64,000 nt of DNA. It comes from Squalus acanthias (lineage: Eukaryota). Below the pieces are notes generated by a model. That model made no database searches. It was not told the DNA's origin and worked only from the letters and a program-made list of their open reading frames with translations. Of the stretch, positions 12,616-24,351 are shown one piece after another. The first letter of the stretch is position 1, and the number at the start of each line of letters is the position of its first letter. A program made the position numbers and the translations under genes. The stretch is from the NCBI GenBank assembly GCA_030390025.1, contig CM059433.1, positions 31,436,001-31,500,000 of the forward strand, written 5' to 3'.

Positions 12616-14055
12616 TAACACTTTACACTCACCTCTCATACTTACCTGCCCACACTTGCACCCATCACTCACCTCTACATCTTACATTTCGACCCCTTTC
12701 AGCCCCGCAGACCCACTGCTCGCCTCGCCGACCCTGGTGAGGTTCGCAGCCATCGGGAAGCCCACAGCAGAAGGCTCAAAATGGGGAAAAGCCTCAAAAA
12801 GCCTGTTAACTACCTGTACACTTGCAGATGCAGAGTCTGATGGCCAATGTCTCAGCTTCCATTGCAGCACAAGCAGAAGCCACCCAACATCTGGGTGCTG
12901 CTGTGAAAGCTCAGGCTTCTGTTATGCATGCTTAGCTTGCTGCCACGCAAGCTCAGAATGCTGTCATTGTGGCTGCGGTTACCAGTGTTGAAAGGGACTT
13001 GCAGGAAGTCACAGCAATTCAGCAATCTGTCCTCCAACAAATTACTAGGATTGCTGAGGGGCCACTCCAGGGAAGTGGCAGTGGCTCTGTGGAGCACGAA
13101 CCTGCTGTCCTCTCTCAAGATGACAGCATTCGTCCCCCCACCCCTGCAACTCCACCAGTGCCCTTGCTGTTGCCTGTCAGTCAGCCAACCCAGACTACTG
13201 GGGCCTTGCCAAAGTGGTGCAGTCCACAGCCGGGCCTTCTTGGCCTAGAGCTGCTCAAGGTTGTCCTCCAAGGCCATCTGCAGTCTCCTCCACTGAAAGT
13301 CAGCAGTCTTCCACCAGCGATGCTACAGCCACTGGGGTAGCACTGCGTAGGAGCACTAGGACAGACAACGGCATAGTAAAAACAGGCACTAAGGGAATGC
13401 ACAAGGGTGATGAGTTTACTTTTGTATGCAATATGGCATGATTTCATTTATAAATTTGATTTGGAATGTTTATTTTGTATTGGCTTTTATTTTTCCATTG
13501 TGGTCAAGTGGACGCTATGATGGTCAGTAACAGAGGGAAGGTAAGGTGTGCGAATGTTGGTGAATGGGGAATTGGGTTTGCGTTCACTGGTATCACAGCC
13601 AAATGTGTCGATCACAGACAGCCGGGCCAGGAAGGGGCTGTCTGGGTTGCCTCCTCCCTTCCTCTTCCTCCTGCTCCTATTCCTCTCCCTCTTCCTCTTC
13701 CTCTCTTCCTCCTCCTCCTGCTCCTCCTCCTCCTCAGCTGGTCGCTGTATCACTGGTGGCAAAGGCTGTGCCCTCATGATGGCGAGGTTGTGCAGAATGC
13801 AGCAGACCAACACAAATCTCGACACCCACTCTGCCGAGCACTGCAGGGCTCCTTCAGAGTGGTTCTGGCAGCGGAAGTGTTGTTTCAGCACGCCAATGGT
13901 CTGCTCAGTGATATTTTGTGTGGCAGCATGGCTTTTGTTGTATGAATGCTGCCCACGTGTGCGTAGGTTACGCAGAGGAGTCATGAGCCAGGTGATCAGC
14001 GGATAGCCCTTGTCACCCAGTAGCCACCCTTTGGTTTGTTGTGGTGGCTCAAATT

Positions 14056-16660
14056 CATAAGAACATAAGAACATAAGAAATAGGAGCAGGAGTAGGCCAA
14101 TCGGCCCCTCGAGCCTGCTCCGCCATTCAATAAGATCATGGCTGATCTGATCCTAACCGCCAATCTACTATCTACTATCACAGAACCATCTCCTGCATCT
14201 AACAGAATTGCACACACGAAATAGGAGCAGAATCAGGCTACACGGTCCCTGGGCCCGCTCCACTACCCACAGGGCCATGACCGATCCGAACCTAGACTCA
14301 TGTCCAAATTCCTGCCCGCTCCCCGTAACCCTTAATGCCCTTTACTTCTAGGAAACTGTCTATTTCTGTTTTAAATTTATTTAATGATGTAGCTTCTACA
14401 GCTTTTTGTGGCAGCATATTCCATGGACCTACCACCCTCTGAGTGAAGTAGTTCCTCCTCATCTCAGTTTTGAAAGAGCAGCCCTTTATTCTAAGACTAT
14501 GTCCCCTAGTTCTAGTCTCACCCGTCATCGGGAACATCCTCCCCGCATCCACCTGATCCAACCCCTTCACAATCTTATATGTTTCAATAAGATCGCCTCT
14601 CATTCTTCTGAACTCCAATGAGTAGAGTCCCAATCTACCCAACCTCTCCTCATATGACCACCCCCTCATCCCCGGGATTAACCGTGTGAACCTTTTTTGC
14701 ACTGCCTCGAGAGCAAGGATGTCTTTCCTTAAGTAAGGACACCAAAACTGTATGCAGTATTCCAGGTGCGGTCTCACCAATACCTTGTACAACTGAAGCA
14801 ATACCTCCCTATTTTTACATTCTATCCCCCTAGCAGTGAAAGCCAACATTCCATTTGCCTTCTTAATCACTTGCTGCACCTGCATACTAACCTTTTGAGA
14901 TTCGTGCACCAGGACCCCCAGATCCCTTTGCACTTCAGTACTCTCCAGTTTCTTGCCATTAAGATAATAAATTGCTCTAGGATTTTTCCTGCCAAAGTGC
15001 ATCACCTCACACTTTCCAGTGTTGTATTCCATCTGCCAAATCTCTGCCCACTTACTTAGCCTGTCTATGTCCCCTTGCAGGTTTTTTATGTCCTCCTCAC
15101 TCACTACTTTCCCTCCCATCTTAGTATCATCTGCAAATTTTGATATGTTACACTTGGTCCCTTCCTCCAAATCGTTAATATAGATTGTAAAGAGTTGGGG
15201 ACCCAGCACTGACCCCTGTGGAACACCACTAGTTACTGATTGCCAGTCTGAGAATGAACCATTTATCCCAACTCGTTGCTTTCTGTTAGATAGCCAATCA
15301 TCTATCCATGCCAGAATATTACCCCCAATCCCGTGATTTTTTACCTTAAGCAATAATCTTTTGTGTGGCACCTTGTCAAATGCCTTTTGGAAGTCTAAAT
15401 ACATTACGTCCACTGGTTCCCCTTTATCCACTCTATATGTTACTTCCTCAAAGAACTCCAGCAAATTTGTCAAACATGACTTCCCCTTCGTAAAACCATG
15501 CTGACTTTGTCCTATTAAATTATGATTATCCAAATGTCCTGTTACTGTTTCCTTAATAATGGACTCCAAAATTTTACCTACCACAGATGTTAGGCTAACC
15601 GGTCTATAGTTACCAGCCTTCTGTCTACTGCCCTTTTTAAATAAGGGTGTTACATTAGCAGTTTTCCAGTCTGCCGGGACCTTAGCGGAATCCAGGGAGT
15701 TTTGAAAAATTATTACCAATGCATCTACAATCCCTACCGCCACTTCCTTCAAGACTCTAGGATGTAAGCCATCAGGTCCAGGTGATTTATCCGCCTTGAG
15801 TCCCATTATTTTACCGAGTACCACTTCCTTAGTGATTTTGATCGTGTTTAGCTCCTCTCCCCCTATAGCCCCCTGTTTGTCCAGTGTTGGGATATTCTTA
15901 GTGTCCTCTACTGTAAAGACTGATACAAAATATTCATTCAGTGTTTTTGCCATCTCCATATTTCCCACCATTAATTTCCCGGTCTCATCCTCTAAGGGAC
16001 CAACATTTACTTTAGCCACCCTTTTTCTTTTTATATAACTATAAAAACTCTTACTATCTGTTTTTATATTTTTTGCTAATTTACTTTCATAATCTATCTT
16101 CCCTTTCTTAATCAATCTTTTTGTTATTTTTTGCTGCCTTTTAAAGTTTTCCCAATCCTCTGTCCTCCCACTAGATTTCGCTACCTTATATGCCCTTGTT
16201 TTTAGTCGAATACTATCCTTAATTTCTTTACTTAGCCACGGATGACTGTCCTTTCTTTTACACCCTTTTCTTTTCAGTGGAATATATTTTTTTGGAAGTT
16301 GTAAAATAACTCCTTGAATGTACACCACTGATCATGTGTCGTCTTACCCTTTAATCTATTTTCCCAATCCACTCTACTCAATTCTGCTCACATACCTTCA
16401 TAGTCTCCTTTATTCAAGCTTAGCACACTTGTTTGAGATCCAACCTTCTCACCCTCTAATTGAATATGGAATTCAACCATGTTATGGTCACTCATTCCAA
16501 GGGGATCCTTTACTAGGACATTTTTAATTAATCCTGTCTCGTTACACAGGACCAGATCTAAGGTTGCTTGTCCCCTGGTCGGTTCAGTTACATACTGCTC
16601 AAGAAACCCATCCCTAATACACTCAATGAACTCATCCTCAAGGCAGCCCTGCCCAATTTG
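14056..16660 (-). mobile_element. Young 5'-truncated CR1 LINE
   Basis: (cataagaa)3 tail at 14056. Contains the APE C-terminus (TRGQATLDLVL...SDHNMVEF) and a long RT ORF. The 5' junction shares caaatt microhomology with the target. Confidence 0.97.
14298..16328 (-). CDS. CR1 ORF2 reverse transcriptase (open 676-codon segment, N-terminally truncated)
   Basis: KSPGPDG, NYRPVSLTS, YLDFQKAFDKV, SGVPQGSVLGP and catalytic KFADD all present and uninterrupted. One stop (~16388) and one frameshift lie just upstream. Confidence 0.9.
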   Translation of the reverse strand: MVYIQGVILQLPKKYIPLKRKGCKRKDSHPWLSKEIKDSIRLKTRAYKVAKSSGRTEDWENFKRQQKITKRLIKKGKIDYESKLAKNIKTDSKSFYSYIKRKRVAKVNVGPLEDETGKLMVGNMEMAKTLNEYFVSVFTVEDTKNIPTLDKQGAIGGEELNTIKITKEVVLGKIMGLKADKSPGPDGLHPRVLKEVAVGIVDALVIIFQNSLDSAKVPADWKTANVTPLFKKGSRQKAGNYRPVSLTSVVGKILESIIKETVTGHLDNHNLIGQSQHGFTKGKSCLTNLLEFFEEVTYRVDKGEPVDVMYLDFQKAFDKVPHKRLLLKVKNHGIGGNILAWIDDWLSNRKQRVGINGSFSDWQSVTSGVPQGSVLGPQLFTIYINDLEEGTKCNISKFADDTKMGGKVVSEEDIKNLQGDIDRLSKWAEIWQMEYNTGKCEVMHFGRKNPRAIYYLNGKKLESTEVQRDLGVLVHESQKVSMQVQQVIKKANGMLAFTARGIECKNREVLLQLYKVLVRPHLEYCIQFWCPYLRKDILALEAVQKRFTRLIPGMRGWSYEERLGRLGLYSLEFRRMRGDLIETYKIVKGLDQVDAGRMFPMTGETRTRGHSLRIKGCSFKTEMRRNYFTQRVVGPWNMLPQKAVEATSLNKFKTEIDSFLEVKGIKGYGERAGIWT

Positions 16661-18438
16661 ATGGCACAGCGGACTGCTGCAGAATGAAGGCATCATGAAT
16701 GCTGCCAGAATACCGGGCATTGATCTGCATGATTCGCTGAGTATGGTCGCACACTAGCTGGACATTGAGGGAGTGGAAGCCCTTTCAGTTGCAGCACATC
16801 TCAGATTTGACATGCGGTGCCCGCAAAGCTACGTGTGTGCAGTCAGTGGCATCCTGCACCATCGGGAAGCCTGCAATCCTCGAGAATCCGCGTGCTCGCT
16901 CCGTCTGCTGTTCTCTGGCCAGAGAGAAGGCAACGTATTCAGCTCTCCTCGAATACAGGGCCTCAGTTACCTCCCTTATGCCTCAGTTACCTCCCTTATG
17001 CAACAGTGAATGGTAAACTGGAAGATGTTGCAAATATCTCCAACTCCAGCCTGGAAGGAGCCTGACGCATAAAAGTTCATGGCCACCGTGACCTTCACAG
17101 CCATTGGTAAAGCGGTCTTCACCCTGCTCTGAGGTTGCAGTTGTAGCTGCACCTGGTGGCAGATTTCAGTGAGGACATTCTTGGTGAAGTGCAGACGGCT
17201 GACACATTGTTCCTTGCTGAGGTTCAGGTAGGATTATTGCTTCCTGAACATCCTGGGCAGATATGGCCTCCTGCTAAGAGCCCTTCTCCCCCTCCTCCTC
17301 CTCCCTCTTCCAGCAGCTTGTCCTGCTCTGTGTCGCCTCTGCTCATTCTCCCTGTCATGCTGTAGGCCATGTGGAATGCCTACTACTGCACTCATGTCTT
17401 GGAGCAAGTGGTCTGTGCAGAATCCTTGAAGTCAGGACAAAGTCTTTCAGCACTTGTCACACCACTCCCTGTAGACTTTAGTAACTTTAAATAACTGTAC
17501 AAACCACCAAACACTTCTACAAACTCAGCAACAGCCAGTCGAAATTAATTAGCAACTAACCTGCAAGTAGTTGATGATTCCTTTAAATAGCACTGGTGGG
17601 GGTCCTTCCTGCTGCTGAACACGTGTTCAGCTGTGCAAGCTTAAGAGCATTGAGCTCCAAAGTGGCAGCGCTGGCTTCAAATCAGCACTGCACATGGATT
17701 GATGTCACGATCTGGCTACTCTGCATACATCTGGTGCACGCTCCCTGTGCCCGCGCTAACACCCTACCCAAGATGGCATCCGGCATGGCCCGCACCAGAA
17801 GTTTGGAACCAAAACAGCACCTGTAATGGCCAAAGAACAGACGCTATGGAGCTGAATTTTGCGGCCAGAGACTCTTGAATTTAACATGGTCAACATTTAA
17901 AACTGGCTTGTAACGTAGTGCATTCGCACACACATCTCAAGCAATTATGTAGCAGGATCAATCTTACCACATACCGACACGCAGGGTTATCTAAGCTTTG
18001 GGTACACATGTCTGCAGCGAGATACTGATCACTTTGCATTAAAAGATGTGAAATATTGATTTGAGTGGGATAATGGGCTGATGAGGAGAGAACCTATGCA
18101 CTTAGCTGAGTGTTTGGATGAGCAAAACCAGTGAGTGTCTGCAAATTTGAATTTAACCAGAAAACCTGTTTATTTCCTCTTTGTATTCAATTAAATGAAT
18201 CCATAACGGCATTTATTATCAACAGAGAAATACATTTGCTAAAGGTAATGAAATGAGGGGAATATGAGCTGACACTGAGTTAATGATGAAAGAATCAGAT
18301 TTTGTTAAATTGTGCATTTAACCAGTGTGATCTAACTGAACTTCAGTGCAATTAAAGACAAATTAATTGCAAAAATATCCCAGTTACAAGACTGTAAATG
18401 CAAGTCTTTCTAAAGGCATTGAAGGATTTAAACACATT

Positions 18439-19101
18439 GGCCCAAAATTTGGGGTCTTGATGATGGCGAACTGGCAGCATTCGTCGTCATTTTGCCTTTG
18501 AAACTGACCGCAACTTCAGGATTTAGCACATGCGCAGCCTAACGCGAAAATCCTGAAGTTGTGGTTTGTCATTCACTGCCCCCGCACAGGCTGCGCTGTG
18601 TCCACCCCAAACCCCCGCCAACAGCCGGTAATCAGTGAAAACTCTCAAATCATATCAACGGACGAAAACTTCTGCTCTTCCGCACTAATTATGCTATGTT
18701 TTGTGCAGTGTCAAATTTATCCATTTCAATAGAAATTAAAATTTTAAGAAACTTTTCAAAAAAAATGTAAAACTTTTTTTTAATTTGTTCATCTTTTCCC
18801 CATGTGAGAGCCCCAATCTTTGTTTTGCTCTCTAACATTTTCAAAAAGTTTGAATTTTAAGAGCTTACCGACTTCCTGGTTCGCTCTCTATGAGAATTCT
18901 GCGTTTTGATTGGCTGCTTAGACAGCTTGTTGATATCACAGCAGCTCGCACTAGGGGATCCCCACTATACTACGTTGATTTGAATTACACGTCGGAAAAC
19001 CCAATCTTCTCGACACAGAGATCGCGAGACCTTTGTGCGAAGATTACTTCGGGGCCAGGGGCGTACACCTTTGCTTTGCCGCTGACTGCAAATTCCGGGC
19101 C
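18439..19101. mobile_element. Harbinger MITE
   Basis: TIR GGCCC(AA/GG)AATTTG, TSD ATT/ATT, AT-rich core. Confidence 0.8.
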
Positions 19102-20787
19102 ATTGTGAGAAGGTGGGCTTGTGGGGGGATCGATAAAAAAGAATGAGTTTTTGGGCTGAATTTGCTTTTAGCTTTTCCTAAACATTCATATGTTCTCATT
19201 CTCACATACCCTTCTCATCTGGACAATTTATTCTGGTGTCCCGGGTTAACAAAAGCGCTCAGAATTGCATCCATGGTGACGTCAAAGGTCACCAAGCACA
19301 AATACTCCAAATCTGGCACATAATGGTATATAAGGGTGCCCATTTCCAACACCTCACCTCATCTTGACGAACATTTAGCTCTCGCTCCGTGTAAAAACGC
19401 CACTCCCCGGTACTATCCCTGCTTACTGCGGCAAGGCACTATAACGCTAATGCGAATACAGTGTTTGGGCGGCTGAATTATAATGAACGATGTTTGAATA
19501 TTTGCTCAGGGAAAAGTAATTTAGAACCGTGGCAAAACATGATTTAGGTTAATATAGCCGATTTGTTATTTTGGCAGCTCGGCTTCCACTGGCTTTGATC
19601 ACATTTATAAATAAATATGTGCAAAGGCAGGAATGTTTGGCTGGCAATTCATCAACATTCATAATGGACATCTGGTCAAATTTATTGCATGCCAGGAAAA
19701 AAAATTGTAATATTATTATAGTATAGTCTGGGTGGAAAAAGGAAAATTAACCTCTAATGTGCTCACATAAACTTTGCATGGTCAAATAATTTATTGCACA
19801 AATGTGGTTGATGTGTTTTCTGAAATGTCATTCGCATTTTCCTTGCTAAGAAATCACCGGTGAAAATCTGTCAATAAATATTTATCTCGCTGCATCCTGT
19901 CTTACTGCATAATATTTAGGTGACATATTTACACTGGGTACATTTGAAAGCAATTGTGCTGCCCTGGTGCTGCATGTTATCTTGAGTTCTCCTAGCCATG
20001 CTGTGAGATGGGCGCATGGGTGACAAAGCAAGTCAGTTACATTCTCTTTTTTGCTGATGTACAGATATCACAAAGTGTGAACCTTTACTTAATCAGAGAC
20101 TTAAGGGCTGAACTAATTCACCATCATTAACAATGCAAGATTGTCCCTGGACAACAGATGAATTATCGTGAGATTAATTTTTTTTTTAAACTGCTATATA
20201 CATAAAACTGAGTTTCATCAGTTAAAATACCTTGGGGTTGAAATTCCATGGCAAACCTACCAGAAGTGGGCTGAAGGAATGTAAGCCCCTTCATCATTTT
20301 CTTGTACTGAAGTTTCAACAGACTCTATTATGCAGCCCTTGACTATCTATCTGTGCATTGCAGGGTTTTTAATTATACTGAATAACTTACAAACTAAATA
20401 AAGGTATGGTTAGATAATTTACCTCAATTTAGTTAAGGAAAAGTTTTAAATTATTGGTAGTCCTAGTTATTTTTAATTCATAGAATTACATAGGCTGGAA
20501 TTTTCTGTACCTGGGCAGGTCGGGTGTGGGCAATCAGTGTAGTGGGTCGCGACCCTGTTCCTCATTCCATTCCACTCCTGAGATTGATTTTCTCTAAATG
20601 ACGCCTATTAAAGCATGCCCTGCGCGCTTCCCGGCTCTATTAAATGGTATGGGTCTGAAGACGTCATCGATGACGCGTTTTCAGCCGGGATATTTAAAGG
20701 AGCCATGGCCACATTGCATTTGAAGTTTCATCTAGGATTGTGCAGGCACTGTATTGGAGCATTGGAGTGTTGGAAAGATTTGGAAAC

Positions 20788-22620
20788 ATGACTGCACAGA
20801 GGCAGAGGGCTGCACCCAGGCTCTCAGATGATTCCCTCAATAAGCTTGTGGAGGGAGTGAGAGCACACAGGGAGGTTCTCTTCCCTTCAGATGGGCGGAA
20901 GAGACCTCCCCAGTAGATCAAATGAGCCTGGCTGGAGATTGCAGAGGAGGTGAACAGCAGGGATGTTGTCAGGAGGACCTGGGTGTAGTGCCGGAAATAT
21001 TTCAATGATCTCAGTAGATCAGGAAAGGTGAGCACAAAGCCACACTCAACCTCATCCTGCTGTGCCTCTCATCACATCCCCATCACTCTGCCTTTACAAG
21101 CCTGCTCCTGCACATCATTATTCACACCAACATACCTTGCACGTCCACCCATCCCTCTCTCTCTATCTACATTATCACATCCCCATCTGACTAGCCACCC
21201 CTCAAACTCACCCTCATCCTAATGCAATCGTACCAACTAACGACACACAAGGAGGCCACTTGGCATTACTACCCCACTCCATCATAGTCACCCTCTAAAG
21301 AGGTGACCCATCATTCCTTACACTCATGCCATCACTCTCACTCAAACTTCTCTTCTTTCCCTCCTTGCAGGAGAAAAGAGCCCACAATAAGAGGGAGAAG
21401 GAGCGAACTGGAGGTGGTCCTCCATCATTGGCCACCTTAACTGCAGCAGAGGAGGCCGCCCTGGAAGAATCACACAGCAGCTGATGGTGAGAGATGGAGA
21501 GAGGGGGACATCTCAGCAACCTGGTGACAGAATTACATCTCATGCAGCCATATGGCAAACAGCAGTCACTCATATGGGGACTGATGTCAACAGCCAGTGA
21601 ATGTTCATCATGTGCATAATGGTATTGTTACCCATTCTTGATATGACATTTCTAAATCATCTCTTTAATCTCCCACAGGTCCATCAAGAGCCCCCTCCCA
21701 CTGTCCAGGAAGAAGAGGAAGATGACTCCTCAGAAGAACCTCCAGACTCTGAGGGTGCACTGGCACCAGACATAAGCGCACCCAGCACCAGCAGAGATAC
21801 GCACACCTCGGTGGGTACCACGCGACTTCGGTCACCTGGTGTGTCACAAGTCATAAGTTTGCACGAGGAAATGGTGGAGACAGGGACAGTAGTGGAGACA
21901 CCTTGCCGGAGGGCGCAGGGCGCTCCCAGCTCTGCTCAGCTGCATGCAGACGCTGAGCCTTGGGGTTGCCATCCAGAAAGGGTGATCCTGGAGGTTCAGG
22001 AAGAAGTACGGGGGGCTCTGACAGGTTTTGCGACTGCGATGTCGGCAAATGTGCAGAGAATGGAGGAGTCCATCTCCAACATGAGCACCACGGTGTTGCA
22101 TGATATGGCGACTGTATGCTCTTCCGTGGAAAGGATGTTAGTGCGCCACTCACATGAGCATATGATATCTATGGAGAATAGATGGCAGACGCTCATAGAC
22201 CTCCTCTCTAGGAGGGATGCCAATGTAAACTTGGGTCCTCATGGCCCCACAGCTGTGCAGCTAGCTGCTCTCCAGCTCCTGGCTAGCAGGGAAGTGCGGG
22301 TGGCCCATGAGATGAATTACAGTGAGAGGGGACATGAAAGTGGGGGCTCAAAGCGCTCACACTTCTCCCCCTCAATCAGAGTCCCATGTGCCTCTTGGGA
22401 TCGCGATGGCTGAGTCTGCACCTGCACAGTCGCAGGAGGAGCAGACTTTGGTGGGGCCATCACAGGCTACAAGACCCTGAGGATGTCCGCCAAAAGTGTC
22501 TATGCAGTCGCAGCAGGGAAGTGGGCAGGCTGCCTCTACCTCTGCTGATGCCACAGGGGTAGCACCTCGTAGAAGCATGGGTAAGAGAAAGATGAAACAC
22601 AAGTACATTCACAAGGGTAA
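20788..22620 (+). pseudogene. Harbinger Myb/SANT-like DNA-binding partner gene, 3 exons
   Basis: Exon 1, 20788-21027: MTAQRQRAAPRLSDDSLNKLVEGVRAHREVLFPSDGRKRPPQ*IK*AWLEIAEEVNSRDVVRRTWV*CRKYFNDLSRSGK|gtgag. Acceptor ttgcag at 21370, then exon 2 EKRAHNKREKERTGGGPP. Acceptor cccacag at ~21678, then an acidic exon 3 (ORF 21601-22413). Confidence 0.88.
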
Positions 22621-22899
22621 GCACATGGGTATTTTAATAACTGTTTGTGTTACGTTTCCATTACTCTGATATCACAGATATTTTCACCACTTTCCAGTCC
22701 TAGCCAATTTTGTCTGCAACTTTGGAAGTGGCTTAGTGAGTTGGAGTGAATTGTGAGACATAAGGTTACCTCCAACAATGGTGGTCAGTGTGAAAAGAAC
22801 AGCTTGGTCATTGTAGGGACACTTTATGGTGTTGCTATAGGGTGGTGGGAACCTGGCACAGTATATGGCAGCCATATGGGTGTACTGTGTAAAGTTAAG

Positions 22900-24351
22900 T
22901 AAATCTGGACATGATGAGGCCATCCCTGGCCTCCCAGGCAGCAAAGTGCTCGTGTGCTGGTGGGATCTGGCCTGCAGGTTCCTCCAGCTCCTGTTCCTGC
23001 TCATCTTCCAGCTGACGTTCTTCCTCCTCCTCCCCCTTCTCTGAAGAGGCTGTGCACTCAGAGCCTTGATCCTCATGCAGTGCTAATCCTCACTGTTGCG
23101 CTATGTTGTGCAGGGTGCAGCAGACAACAACGATTCTGGAGACCCTGGCTGGTGCGTACTGAAGGGCTCCTCCAGATCTGTCAAGGCATCTGAAGCGCAT
23201 TTTCAGCATGCCTATTGTCTGCTCTATGGCACATCTGGTGGAAATGTGGCTTTCATTATATCTCTCTTCGGCCTCAGTACTTGGCCTCCTCAAAGGTGTC
23301 ATGAGCCACATCTTCAGTGGATAGCCTTTGTCTCCAAGCAGCCAGCCGGAAAGTGTGTTTGGAGGTGTGAAGAGCTGAGGGGGGGGGGGGTGGACTGGCG
23401 CAGGACAAAAGAGTCATGGCAGCTGCCAGGGAATTTGGCACACACATGAATGATGATCTTCCTATGGTTGCAGACCAGCTGCACATTGAGGGAGTGGTAG
23501 CCCTTGCGGTTCACAAACACTACTGGGTTATGATGGGGTGCCCTGATTGCCACATGTGTGCAGTCGATGACCCCTGTACCCGTGGGAAGCCAGCCAAAGC
23601 GGCAAAGCCTAGCGCCCACTCAGTAACACCGACTTCATCAGTAGCAAAGTTGATATAATTGGCTGACTTGTCAAACATGGCATCGGTGACCTGTGTGATG
23701 CATCTGTGGGCGGCCGACTGTGAGTTGCCGCAAATGTCTGTTGCAGATCCCTGGAAGGAGCCTGAGGCGAAGAAGTTGAGGATGCTGGTGACTTTGAAAG
23801 CCACTGGCTAGACATGTCCACCAGCTCCTCTGGGCTGCAGGTCTTGATATAGCAATCTGCAAATGTCTGCGACGACCTGGCGCGATAGCCTGAGCCGCCT
23901 TTGGCACTGCTGCTCAGTCATGTTGAGGAAGCCCATCCTCTTCCTGTGTTGGGGGTATCGCCTCTGGCGCGCTGCAGCCCTGCGCTGATGCCCTCTGTCT
24001 TATGCAGCATCAGGTGTTTGAGGAGAAGGTTGGTGGTGTTTTCGTTGGTGCTGCTGATATTGGGGCTCATTGTGGTCCGATTCTGAGGACCAAGGTGAGA
24101 CAATATAAACAGCACCTGACATGAATCTGTCATTCATGAAAGAAAGACTTATGAAATAATACTGAGTGGCCTGCGGGTGGCGCTATCCAGGGAGAGTATA
24201 AATACTCGGGCACGGGCGCAGCTTGTGCAGGACATTCTTAACAGGAACTAGTGAAGGACACAACTAGACCTCCATGTTGTAAAACAGTTGATTAAAGCTT
24301 TGTTTAAAGCTTAGACCAAGTGCCTAGTAGTTTTCTTACATCAGCACCCAT
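22900..24351 (-). pseudogene. Harbinger DDE transposase (HARBI1-like) of element A
   Basis: ATG at 24351 (MGAVYIVSP once the LTR is removed). Fragments [28 protein letters not shown]...[14 protein letters not shown]...[10 protein letters not shown] and WLMTPL...[15 protein letters not shown]...CCTLHN. Stops and frameshifts present. Confidence 0.93.
24117..24343 (+). mobile_element. Solo LTR, 227 bp
   Basis: TG...CA ends, 5-bp TSD GCACC (24112-24116 and 24344-24348), TATAAA at 24197 and ATTAAA at 24291. Removing it restores the transposase start. Confidence 0.8.

Larger units (their letters stand above)
13600..17395 (-). pseudogene. Harbinger DDE transposase (HARBI1-like) of element B, split by a CR1 insertion
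   Basis: From ATG 17395: MSAVVGIP...KVTVAMNFYASGSFQ...GFPMVQDATDCTHVALRAP...[13 protein letters not shown]...[12 protein letters not shown] | CR1 | [27 protein letters not shown]...[13 protein letters not shown]...CCILHNL. Internal stops and a short tandem duplication at ~16960-16998. Confidence 0.92.
11284..17866. mobile_element. PIF/Harbinger transposon relic (element B) with nested MITE and CR1
   Basis: Approximate ends gggctgcatttt and aattttgcggcc. Myb-partner 3' remnant on + (~12820-13410) and HARBI1-like transposase on - (17395 to ~13600). Boundaries are approximate. Confidence 0.75.

Noticed and set aside
13466..14006. Plus-strand ORFs with poly-Leu/Ser runs resembling membrane proteins
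   Set aside because: Antisense translation of the acidic (GAG)n tail of the transposase
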